From the NCBI GenBank assembly GCA_048937405.1, contig JBHLNF010000002.1:320001-384000 (forward strand): a stretch of DNA of 64,000 nucleotides, given 5' to 3'. Below, one piece after another: positions 52,121-61,380 of this stretch (its first letter is position 1; each line of letters begins with the position of its first letter). The position numbers and the translations under genes were made by a program. The stretch is from Promethearchaeota archaeon. Lineage in GTDB: Archaea > Asgardarchaeota > Lokiarchaeia > Sigyniarchaeales > SOKP01. The notes beneath the pieces are model-generated. The model was not told the DNA's origin. It made no database searches and saw only the letters and a list, made by a program, of their open reading frames with translations.

Positions 52121-53425
52121 ATGAATAAAACACAAATTTTATTTATTTTTGCTGTTTTAATTAATGCTGTTTATATAATAATAACATTTATATTCTTCTT
52201 TTATTTAGACAGTCCTTTGATAAGTAGTAAGAATTCAGATTATTTAACTTTCTATAATGCTGGTTTAATCATTCTAGAAAATCCCTCAGATTTGTATAAT
52301 TCATTATTATATCTCTTTCCCTTTAGATATCTACCAATTTCTGCTTATTATTTTACTCCTTTTTCATTGATGGGGCTAAAATGGGGATTTTTTTTTTACC
52401 AAATATGTAATTTTACATTAAATTTTTTTATTATCTTTTTAATGTTTAAGATAATTCAAATTATAAAGAACTCAGGTAAAAGCATGAATATAAATTATAA
52501 ATTGGATAGATTCAAAGATATTTTTCAAGATCCAGATAATGAATCGATACTTCATTACTCTGCCTTTTTTTTAATAATACTTCCGCAATTTATGAATTAT
52601 TTCTTAGGGCAGATAAATAGTGTAGTCTCGTTTTTCATTCTTATTTCACTCTTCTTCTTTTTAAAAAATACTTCAAAATATGACCTATTTGGTGGTTTTT
52701 TTTTAGGTTTAGGGATCTCTTTCAAGCCCTCCCTGATTTTGCTTATACCTTTTATATTTCTCTTAAATTTTAATAGACAAACTAATAAATTTTACTTTCA
52801 ATTTAAAAGAACGATTATAAGATTATTTGGAATATTTTTGCCAAGTATCTTCTCAGGATTATTTTTCCTAATCTATCCTGAAATGATTAAAGGATTCATT
52901 GAAGTTAATCTCACGGGGGATTTTACATATATTGTTGGAGGAGATTTAAAGATCAACCCTTCATATAGTCTAACAAGGATTATATTAATTATTTTTCAAC
53001 TTATTGAAATTAACGTCAATTCTTTCATAGTTTTCATTCTAATTACATTACTTTTTTATATGCCTATATTTATTATGTATATTATTTCTGAAGCTTCGCA
53101 AGAAAAGTTAATTTATGGGTATTTTGCGAGTATTACTATCATGATATTAGTCTATTTTGATTCATGGCCTCATCATATAATTGTTTTAGCACCATTATTA
53201 ATTTTATTTATATTAATAGAGAGAGATTTTAAGCAGAATATCTTTATTAAAACAGTTTATTATTTAATTGGTTTTTTAATAGTTATATTCTGGATTATAT
53301 TTTATTTAACCTATGAAATTTTTCCTTTAAACCTAGGTGGATTAATTTTGATAATTCTAATATACTATTCCTTAGTTGTTTATTATCTTAACCAAATCAA
53401 GAAATATTCGAAAAATTTCACATAA
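52121..53425 (+). CDS. GT87/DUF2029 GT-C membrane glycosyltransferase
   Basis: DYLTFYNAG, FRYLP, GQIN, FKP and SWPHH. Confidence 0.8.
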   Translation: MNKTQILFIFAVLINAVYIIITFIFFFYLDSPLISSKNSDYLTFYNAGLIILENPSDLYNSLLYLFPFRYLPISAYYFTPFSLMGLKWGFFFYQICNFTLNFFIIFLMFKIIQIIKNSGKSMNINYKLDRFKDIFQDPDNESILHYSAFFLIILPQFMNYFLGQINSVVSFFILISLFFFLKNTSKYDLFGGFFLGLGISFKPSLILLIPFIFLLNFNRQTNKFYFQFKRTIIRLFGIFLPSIFSGLFFLIYPEMIKGFIEVNLTGDFTYIVGGDLKINPSYSLTRIILIIFQLIEINVNSFIVFILITLLFYMPIFIMYIISEASQEKLIYGYFASITIMILVYFDSWPHHIIVLAPLLILFILIERDFKQNIFIKTVYYLIGFLIVIFWIIFYLTYEIFPLNLGGLILIILIYYSLVVYYLNQIKKYSKNFT

Positions 53426-53654
53426 AGACCCTAAAAAATAAAGACACTTATCAGAAAGTCCAATTTAAAAAAATATCAGATAAAATCAATATTAGAAAGG
53501 AAGAAATGGTTAAAACTATAGAATAAATTTACTTTTTTTTTTTAGTGTCATTAAAAAAGAACAAAAGATTTAAATCTTCAATAAAAATTGATAAATATTT
53601 TAATTGGGAACTTGTATTTTTCATCATTTTAAACAATTAATAGAATGATCTATA

Positions 53655-54941
53655 ATGTCTATAACAATTGAAGATGATCTAACTAATGATGTCATAATTG
53701 ACAGCACAAAAAGAATTGCTTCTATAGATTTTGTTAAAGGATTTGCCATTGTTTGGATAATATTAGCTCATTCGGCATTAAGTTGGTTTGATAAAGACTG
53801 GAGGTATATTTATGGACTCGTATTTGCATTTATGGATGTTATGGGACCTTCATTATTTGTATTTCTTTCCGCTTTAAGTGTAGTATTTAGTGTTAGAAGA
53901 AAAAAAGGTAAATTACCAGAAAAAGTAATTCGTAATGGAATCTTGATGAGAGGAATGGTAATTATTATAATAGGAGTACTCTTCAATCCACTCTCCTTAC
54001 AAACTGCTGGGGAAACAGTTCCCTTCCCTACAAATTTATGGGGGTGGAATATATTAATGTTTATTGGATTTTCACAGATAATTTCTTATTACGTATTAAA
54101 ATTAAAAAGAAACATACGTGCTATACTTGGAGTATTAATTATTTACTTTTCCCCTTGGTTTAGAGACTTTCTTTATGTGGGAAAAAGCGCAGAAAATGTC
54201 TTTCCTTTTTTTCGCTTAATATTAAGTTTTCTACATTTTATTATAGTCTCACCTCTCCCTCAAGTGCCAATTTTACCATACGTAGCAGTATGCTTCATAT
54301 GTACGATTTTTGGTGAGTATTTATATGATGCAATGGTTCAAGGAACTAGTAAAGCATATTATGATCTAGTTAAAAAATTTCTGATTTATGGATTTATCTT
54401 AGTATTCGTAGGAATATTTGCATTTGCTCCGAGAGGTGTAAGATTTGACATATGGGAAGCTGGGTGGGCATTACAGGTTCCAGCGGATACTATCTCACCA
54501 GGCACCATAATAAAATCAGAATATTTACATATAGACCTATTAAGAATTGCAAATCAACAGGATTATTATCAGTTTCCAGGAATGCCACTTTTCATGATAA
54601 GATGTACGGCACATAATATGTTTTATAATCTAGGAATTGGGTTTTTATTTGTAGCATTATGTTTTTATTTAATTGATATAAAAAAAAAAATCAATGATGT
54701 TTCAAAATTAGTGATCTTCTACGGAAAAACAAGTCTTTCAATGTTTTTAATTCAATATTTATTTCTTCCATTGTATTTAGGGCAATTCTCAATAATTTTT
54801 ATGCCTATTCTTTATGTTGCATATTGTGGGTTTCTAGGACTACTAATGTATATTTGGTTGAAATTTTTTGATGGTGTAGGAACTCCTGAATGGATAATGA
54901 GCAAAGTTGGAAGTAGTGGAAAAACAAAGAAAAACTATTAA
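53655..54941 (+). CDS. HGSNAT/DUF1624-like transmembrane acyltransferase (paralog 2)
   Basis: RIASIDFVKGFAIVWIILAH; collinear with 50625..52037. Confidence 0.8.
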   Translation: MSITIEDDLTNDVIIDSTKRIASIDFVKGFAIVWIILAHSALSWFDKDWRYIYGLVFAFMDVMGPSLFVFLSALSVVFSVRRKKGKLPEKVIRNGILMRGMVIIIIGVLFNPLSLQTAGETVPFPTNLWGWNILMFIGFSQIISYYVLKLKRNIRAILGVLIIYFSPWFRDFLYVGKSAENVFPFFRLILSFLHFIIVSPLPQVPILPYVAVCFICTIFGEYLYDAMVQGTSKAYYDLVKKFLIYGFILVFVGIFAFAPRGVRFDIWEAGWALQVPADTISPGTIIKSEYLHIDLLRIANQQDYYQFPGMPLFMIRCTAHNMFYNLGIGFLFVALCFYLIDIKKKINDVSKLVIFYGKTSLSMFLIQYLFLPLYLGQFSIIFMPILYVAYCGFLGLLMYIWLKFFDGVGTPEWIMSKVGSSGKTKKNY

Positions 54942-55143
54942 ACAGTATTTCATCAAGAGGATTTTTAAAAATAATTAAGCTTTTTTATAAACATATAAAT
55001 ATCTTTAAATGATAATATGAAATAATAAGCAATGAATTAATTAATATTATAATATGTTTAAGTTGATTAAATTCATATAATAAATAATATATTTATTTTT
55101 ATATAGAGACACTAATTGTTTATTTCTTACGAGGAAAATAAAA

Positions 55144-55668
55144 ATGAATCCAAATTCTCAATTTAAATTTAAGATAACTCTCTTCGGTCCAGGTGGAGTG
55201 GGTAAAACTTCTCTATTATTACGATATATAAAAGATTATTTTGCTGATGATTTAAAAAAAACTATTGGAAGCAATTTTTTAATCAAAGACGTAGATCTTG
55301 AAGGAAAATCCGTCCGTCTTCTTCTCTGGGATATAGGAGGACAACCACAATTCCATAAGTTACGCACTATTTATTTTAAAGGGAGTAATGCAGCACTGGG
55401 TGTTTTTGATTTATCGTCTAGTCAAACACTTCTAAAAATTCCAGGATGGATTAGTTCTATAAAAAAAACAGTAAAGAGGGCAATACCTATGGTCCTCATA
55501 GGAAACAAGGTTGATTTAGAAAGAGAGGTTGATCGATTAGAAGCAGAAGATTTAGCTAAGAGGTTAAATTGCGAATATTTGGAGACATCAGCTAAAACAG
55601 GGGAAAATGTAGAATTAGCATTTGAGAAAATAGCAAAAGCTTGTCTTGAAGATATAAGTGAATTATAA
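55144..55668 (+). CDS. Rab-like small GTPase
   Basis: GPGGVGKTS, TIG, WDIGGQ, NKVD and ETSAK; no C-terminal prenylation motif. Confidence 0.92.
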   Translation: MNPNSQFKFKITLFGPGGVGKTSLLLRYIKDYFADDLKKTIGSNFLIKDVDLEGKSVRLLLWDIGGQPQFHKLRTIYFKGSNAALGVFDLSSSQTLLKIPGWISSIKKTVKRAIPMVLIGNKVDLEREVDRLEAEDLAKRLNCEYLETSAKTGENVELAFEKIAKACLEDISEL

Positions 55669-55687
55669 AAAATTTAAAATTACTTTT

Positions 55688-56314
55688 TTATAAAACTCCC
55701 AAATTCTTTAATTCTTCAATTAGATCATTTTCATTTGTAAATTTAATGCCTATAATTCCTAAACCCATTGCTGAACGTACATTATTTATACCATCGTCAA
55801 TAAAAACAATCTGTTTTGGTTTAAAACCAGCCTTTTTAATTGTATAATTAAATATCCTAGGATCGGGTTTAACTAAATGAATTTCATGAGAAAGAATTAG
55901 TTCATCAAAATATTTTATAAATTCCCATTTTTTATTTAAAACATACGCCCAATGACTAGCATTTACATTCGATAAAGCTAAAAGTTTATATCGATTCTTT
56001 TCTCTAATTTTTTTAATAATTTCTACTACTTCTGGATTAAAACCAGAAATAATAGAATTAAATGCATTAAAAAACTCAGATTGACTTAACATACAAACTT
56101 GAAGGAGTTCACATGCCAGTTGATAAAATTCATCATCAGACATGTTTCCTTGATGATAAATGTCTGATTGTCTAAAAAATTCCAACATAATTGGTGTTTG
56201 AGGTTTATTTAATGGTGACTGAGTGATTATTTTGTTATAAAAATTAGAAAAATCTAAATCGACTACTACACCTCCTAAATCAAATACAATAGCTTTAATT
56301 GTCATTATAAACAA
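55688..56314 (-). CDS. HAD-family phosphatase (YihX-like)
   Basis: FDLGGV, LSN, KPDPRIF and FIDD. Confidence 0.9.
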   Translation of the reverse strand: MFIMTIKAIVFDLGGVVVDLDFSNFYNKIITQSPLNKPQTPIMLEFFRQSDIYHQGNMSDDEFYQLACELLQVCMLSQSEFFNAFNSIISGFNPEVVEIIKKIREKNRYKLLALSNVNASHWAYVLNKKWEFIKYFDELILSHEIHLVKPDPRIFNYTIKKAGFKPKQIVFIDDGINNVRSAMGLGIIGIKFTNENDLIEELKNLGVL

Positions 56315-56323
56315 AATAAGTTT

Positions 56324-58384
56324 TTATTTACGGAAATAAATTCTAGTACTAAATTTCCTAAATGGTATTGGTAATTTATACTTTGGAAAATTTCTAGTAT
56401 CATCCTCTAGCAATTCTAATAGTTTATCCAACTTAATATCATTTAGTTGTTCGGAGGTTTGTTTTTTTGGACCAAATGGTTCACCAATAAGTCTTTTTCT
56501 GATAGAAATAGTTTGGTTCTGTTGTTCTTTTTTTCCAATAATTATTGTATATGGAATCCACTCAATTTCAGATTGTCTAATTTTCTTTCCTATAGTTTCC
56601 TCTCGATCATCAAAATCTGCTCTAAAATCTTCGCCATTAATGATATTAAGTAATTTCTCCCCATATTCGTTTTGTTCTTCACTCACGGTAATAATTCGGA
56701 CTTGGATTGGAGATATCCAAGTTTTGAATCCTGGTATAAGTTTATCTTTATTTCGAATAGCTGATTCAATTAATCCCCATAATACTCTCTCTATAGCACC
56801 AGTTGGAGAATTATGAAGAATTATTGGATGTTTTGGTTGACCATCAGAGTCTATAAAGGATATATTATATTTCTGTCTTTTTATTCCATCATTATCAGTC
56901 ATAAATTCTAAAGAGCTCTCTACATCTATTTGATTAGTTGCTAATGTAGCGCTTTTACCTTGTGCTGAAAGAACATTTCTTTCAAATTTAAGGATATAAT
57001 AATAGTATCTATCTTCCCATAGTTCTAAAAGTGCGGGATCTTTTTCTGATTTGATTAAATCAATGATCCATTCTTTATTTTCCTTATAAAATTCCTGGGT
57101 AGCTCTAAATATAACATATGTTTTTATTCCTAAATCAATTTCCAATCTTTTAATTAAATCGTATTGCTTTTTGAATTCATCAATAGAAGAATTAATGTCT
57201 TTACACATAGTATGCATATCTGGCATTGTAAAAGCGCGTAATCTTCTTAAACCACTTAATTCTCCTTCTAATTCTCGTCTAAATGCATATTGCTCATATT
57301 CATATGCTCTTAAAGGAAAATAATGTGGTTTTAAATTCATTTGAGAGAATAAGTCGAAAAGTAGGAAATCACTAGCATATCTTAGGAGATATCTGTCACT
57401 TCCAGATTCAACCCAATAGCTCCTTGCTGGAAACCTAGCAGTTTGAGCGGTTAATTTTTTATTTTTGACAGTATACATCACGGGAGTATCAATAAGAATC
57501 GCCCCATAATCAATTAATCTATCTTCAATATAGTTTTTTATAAGATTTTTCATAATTATTCCTTTTGTATACCATCTAAAGTTCCCAGCATCTGTATTAG
57601 GATCAAAATCTATTAACTCAAACTCCTTAATCACTTTTAAATGAGCTGGTTCTATTGCTTTTTCAGTCAATCTTGATCCTAATTCAGATTTTAAAAAGTC
57701 ATGAAAATCTTCTTCATTAATATCCTTTGGTGGTACGAACTTCAGATCTTCATCAAAATTTAATTCAATTTCTTTTCCAGAATTTGTAATTACTTTGAAT
57801 ATAGAATTTTTAACCTGTTCCTCTGGTTTAATTGCTAATTTAACATCTCTATACATTTCAGCTAACTCATGACCTAAACAATTTATTTTGAATGATTTAT
57901 ACCATCCAAAAGGGGAAAATCTTGACTCTATACCCCTTTCTTTTAGATTTTCAACAATTTTTGGACATACTTCCATAGCATTTGCTTCCTTACTAAGGAA
58001 TTTACTTAAATGTGCCCAAGGATAAACTAAAACTCTGTCAACACGATACATCTCGCGTTTCTTTATAAGTTCTAATAATTTCCTTTGTTTTCCTTTTTTT
58101 TTTCCTATTTCAATTTTTCTATTTAATTCTCTTATTTCCTCATTTTTTTCTCTGATATATTCTGGAAAACCTGTGATTTGTAATATAGCAGCTTCTATTT
58201 CATCAGCTCCTTGTTTAGCAATCAAATCTGTATCATAAGTATCTTGATCTTCAACAGATACAAAACAAACAAGAACTAAACCTTCCATTTTTATAAAATC
58301 ATCAGTAAAGTCTTGCGGATTGCTTGTTGCTTCTTTATTTTTAATTACTTCTACATTCTCCGAATGAATTAATAAGATTTTCAT
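56324..58384 (-). CDS. thrS: Threonine-tRNA ligase, archaeal type
   Basis: MKILLIHS editing domain, FGWYKSF, RLRAFTMPDMH and anticodon domain. Confidence 0.97.
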   Translation of the reverse strand: MKILLIHSENVEVIKNKEATSNPQDFTDDFIKMEGLVLVCFVSVEDQDTYDTDLIAKQGADEIEAAILQITGFPEYIREKNEEIRELNRKIEIGKKKGKQRKLLELIKKREMYRVDRVLVYPWAHLSKFLSKEANAMEVCPKIVENLKERGIESRFSPFGWYKSFKINCLGHELAEMYRDVKLAIKPEEQVKNSIFKVITNSGKEIELNFDEDLKFVPPKDINEEDFHDFLKSELGSRLTEKAIEPAHLKVIKEFELIDFDPNTDAGNFRWYTKGIIMKNLIKNYIEDRLIDYGAILIDTPVMYTVKNKKLTAQTARFPARSYWVESGSDRYLLRYASDFLLFDLFSQMNLKPHYFPLRAYEYEQYAFRRELEGELSGLRRLRAFTMPDMHTMCKDINSSIDEFKKQYDLIKRLEIDLGIKTYVIFRATQEFYKENKEWIIDLIKSEKDPALLELWEDRYYYYILKFERNVLSAQGKSATLATNQIDVESSLEFMTDNDGIKRQKYNISFIDSDGQPKHPIILHNSPTGAIERVLWGLIESAIRNKDKLIPGFKTWISPIQVRIITVSEEQNEYGEKLLNIINGEDFRADFDDREETIGKKIRQSEIEWIPYTIIIGKKEQQNQTISIRKRLIGEPFGPKKQTSEQLNDIKLDKLLELLEDDTRNFPKYKLPIPFRKFSTRIYFRK

Positions 58385-58506
58385 GATAGATCTCTTTAAT
58401 AGTATGTTAAGTTATACTATATGATAAATTCTAAATATTTTACATAATTTTGATATATTATTATATTCAAAATTCAAAATAATTATTACTAAAATTTGGT
58501 TCTGTT

Positions 58507-59121
58507 ATGATGAATCTTAAAAAAGCTATCTCAGAAATATCAGAGACACTTGAGATACTATATCAAGATAGAGAAGAAATTCTGAAATTGTCTCGTACAA
58601 TAATTAGAGATTGTAGTATAGCAATAAAAAATATTCATAGAAAAGAATTTAATAAGTTTCAAGATAAAATTGATATCATTAAAATTAATCATTTAAATTT
58701 AGTACAATTAGTTAATAAAAATCCTGGTGTTTTTTTTAAATATTTAAAGACTCCTGAGCAAGAATACACTGAATCAATAATATTTTATTCAATAATCTCA
58801 AGAACTGATATTCCGACACCTTTGGATTTAAAAGTTCATCCTTTAAATTATGTTTTGGGTTTATCAGATGTAATTGGAGAATTACGAAGATTTGCATTAG
58901 ATAACATTAGAAATTCCCATGTTGAAAATTTAAACGAAATTTTAGAGAGAATGGATGAGATCTATACTTATCTATTTGCTATTGATTATCCTTCAGCAGT
59001 AGCACAAGATTTAAGGCATAAAGTAGATATAGCAAGAAGTTTAATTGAAAAAACAAGAGGAGATATCTCTCTAGCAATACAAATGGATGATTTGAAAAGT
59101 TGTTTTGAAAAAAATACATAA
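58507..59121 (+). CDS. Translin-family protein
   Basis: REEILKLSRTIIR, QEYTE, YVLGLSDVIGELRR and LRHKVD. Confidence 0.85.
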   Translation: MMNLKKAISEISETLEILYQDREEILKLSRTIIRDCSIAIKNIHRKEFNKFQDKIDIIKINHLNLVQLVNKNPGVFFKYLKTPEQEYTESIIFYSIISRTDIPTPLDLKVHPLNYVLGLSDVIGELRRFALDNIRNSHVENLNEILERMDEIYTYLFAIDYPSAVAQDLRHKVDIARSLIEKTRGDISLAIQMDDLKSCFEKNT

Positions 59122-59162
59122 TTCTGACTTAAAAAAATGTTATTTTCAGAAGAGGATATTAT

Positions 59163-59627
59163 ATGAATAAAGAAAAGAAAATTGTTTTAGTAGCAGGAAC
59201 ATTTGATCTCATTCACGCAGGTCATACTTTTTTAATCAATGAAGCGTCAAAGTTGGGTGATGTATATGTAGTTGTTGCTACTGATGAAAATCGTAAACTA
59301 TTTTCAGGTCAACTTCCAATTATCCCCCAAGAACAAAGATTAGAAGTAATAAAAAACCTGAAAAATGTAAAAGATGCTAGATTAGGAAGAAGCGATAATG
59401 ATACTTTAAAAACTGTTGAAGAAATCAATCCAGATATTATTCTTTTAGGTCCAGATCAGAAATATAGTATTGACATTTTAAAGGAAGAACTTAAAAAAAA
59501 GGGATTGAATCATATAGAGGTAAGGAGACTGGAGATCTATTATGATAAATATAAGTTGCATAGTTCCAGATTGATTAAACAAAAAATAATTGAAAGATAT
59601 AAGAATAATAACTTTGAAAAACCTTAA
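59163..59627 (+). CDS. ribL: FAD synthase RibL
   Basis: GTFDLIHAGH and PDIILLGPDQ; next to riboflavin kinase. Confidence 0.85.
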   Translation: MNKEKKIVLVAGTFDLIHAGHTFLINEASKLGDVYVVVATDENRKLFSGQLPIIPQEQRLEVIKNLKNVKDARLGRSDNDTLKTVEEINPDIILLGPDQKYSIDILKEELKKKGLNHIEVRRLEIYYDKYKLHSSRLIKQKIIERYKNNNFEKP

Positions 59628-59628
59628 A

Positions 59629-60339
59629 ATGGAAAACAATACTGAAGTTTCTCCGGAAAACTATTCAAATTGGTTTGCTCTTTATCATCTATGTCAAAAT
59701 ATTGGTAGTCAAAAAGCTATTCATATAAGCAGCGTTGAATTCAGTAAGATATTACATTTATCACAACAAACAGCATCAAGGAGAATTAAAGATTTAGAGG
59801 ATCAAGGTTGGATTGAGAGGAAGATCAAAGGGAAAGTACAAGTAATTAGAATTACGAAGTTAGGAGCAGATATGATGCTCTTAATGTATAAAAAATTAAA
59901 ACAAATTCTTCAGGATATATTGATTGTAGGTGAAGTATCTAAAGGAATTGGAGAAGGTGGGTATTATGTCAGAATTCCAGAGTATCTATCTCAATTTAAA
60001 GAAAAATTGGGTTATAAACCTTATTTCGGTACTTTAAACCTTCAATTAAGCGACCTTAATAATGATCTATTAGAAGAAAATCAAAAAAATCGAATACCTG
60101 TAAAAATAGAAGGATTTAAGAAAGAAGGTCGTACTTATGGATCTGTGGAATGTTATAACTGCTTAATTTCTAGATTAGATAATCAAGATAAAAAATTGAA
60201 TGCTGCAATTTTAAAGATAAAAAGAACTCATCATAAAAAAAATATTGTAGAAATATTAGCTGAACCATACGTAAGGGATTTTTTTAAATTGAAAGATGGT
60301 GATCGGATTAGAATAGAATTTTACAAGAGAGATGAATAA
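59629..60339 (+). CDS. ribK: CTP-dependent riboflavin kinase with N-terminal wHTH (RbkR)
   Basis: SQQTASRR HTH; GIGEGGYY, PYFGTLN, RTHH and LKDGD. Confidence 0.9.
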   Translation: MENNTEVSPENYSNWFALYHLCQNIGSQKAIHISSVEFSKILHLSQQTASRRIKDLEDQGWIERKIKGKVQVIRITKLGADMMLLMYKKLKQILQDILIVGEVSKGIGEGGYYVRIPEYLSQFKEKLGYKPYFGTLNLQLSDLNNDLLEENQKNRIPVKIEGFKKEGRTYGSVECYNCLISRLDNQDKKLNAAILKIKRTHHKKNIVEILAEPYVRDFFKLKDGDRIRIEFYKRDE

Positions 60340-60349
60340 TTTAATTTAT

Positions 60350-60967
60350 TTATTTATCCTTATTTTCAATTTGAATGAATATTTTAATAATCCTATAAAT
60401 ATAAGTACCAAGAACTAACCACATAAATACAAAAATAAGCACAGCAGTAAGATCATAAAAAAATCCAATCAAAGACATGATAAAAATATAAAATAGTCTT
60501 TCAGATCTAGCCATTAGCCCTAAATCAAAATCTCCTTTGAAAAATATTTCTGCTCTTACTCTACAATAACTTATCATGAAAGAAACTAAATAAGTTATGA
60601 ATAATATTAATTTCACGTCAATCAAGTTCCATAAATAAGCATTCCAACTATAAATTATCAATCCAAGGAATATAAAAAATTCTGATATTCTATCCATTAC
60701 AGAATCAAAAAATCCTCCAAATTTGGTTGATTTTTGGGTTAATCGAGCAATAGCACCATCACATCCATCCATAATCCCTGTTAAAAAAACTAAAAAGGAA
60801 AAAATTATTAAGTTTTGAAAAACAGACAACCAAATAAAGCTTAGGAATGAAAAGCAAAGCATCAATATTGTCGCTAGATTTGGAGTAACTCTAATTCTAA
60901 TTAATCCTTTAGCCAATAACTGGATTAAGGGTTTGAAAATCTTTCTTAACCGATATTTAGAGGGCAT
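60350..60967 (-). CDS. CDP-alcohol phosphatidyltransferase (archaetidylinositol phosphate synthase-like)
   Basis: DGCDGAIAR...GGFFDSVMDR, SYCRVRAE and RSER. Confidence 0.88.
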   Translation of the reverse strand: MPSKYRLRKIFKPLIQLLAKGLIRIRVTPNLATILMLCFSFLSFIWLSVFQNLIIFSFLVFLTGIMDGCDGAIARLTQKSTKFGGFFDSVMDRISEFFIFLGLIIYSWNAYLWNLIDVKLILFITYLVSFMISYCRVRAEIFFKGDFDLGLMARSERLFYIFIMSLIGFFYDLTAVLIFVFMWLVLGTYIYRIIKIFIQIENKDK

Positions 60968-61063
60968 AAATAATATATAATTTAATACTTTTAAAAATTT
61001 AATAATGAATAATATTTTACATATATAATTAACTCATTTATACAAAATAGGGTTTGAAACCTC

Positions 61064-61369
61064 TTGAAATTACGTTTGATTTTAAAAACAACTACAAAAA
61101 AGAATAAAGATATTCACCTTAAATTTAATATTGCTCCAAGTAAACATATTGGGTTTATAAACTTTATAAACTTGGCCTTAAACCAAGAATTACCAATAGA
61201 ACTATCTTTTGAGAAAGTATCTAAAACAGGAGAGAGAGAAGAAAGTAAGATTTTTGGACAATTTAAACTTCAGGGTAAAGTTAATTCACAAGTTTATGAA
61301 TTAGAAGAAGAGATTAAGAATGAAGATCGAAAGAGAAAGAAAATTCAACAAAAAAGGAAACAGCATTAA
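61064..61369 (+). CDS. Hypothetical protein
   Basis: 101-aa ORF with TTG start. Confidence 0.55.
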   Translation: MKLRLILKTTTKKNKDIHLKFNIAPSKHIGFINFINLALNQELPIELSFEKVSKTGEREESKIFGQFKLQGKVNSQVYELEEEIKNEDRKRKKIQQKRKQH

Positions 61370-61380
61370 AAATATCTTTA

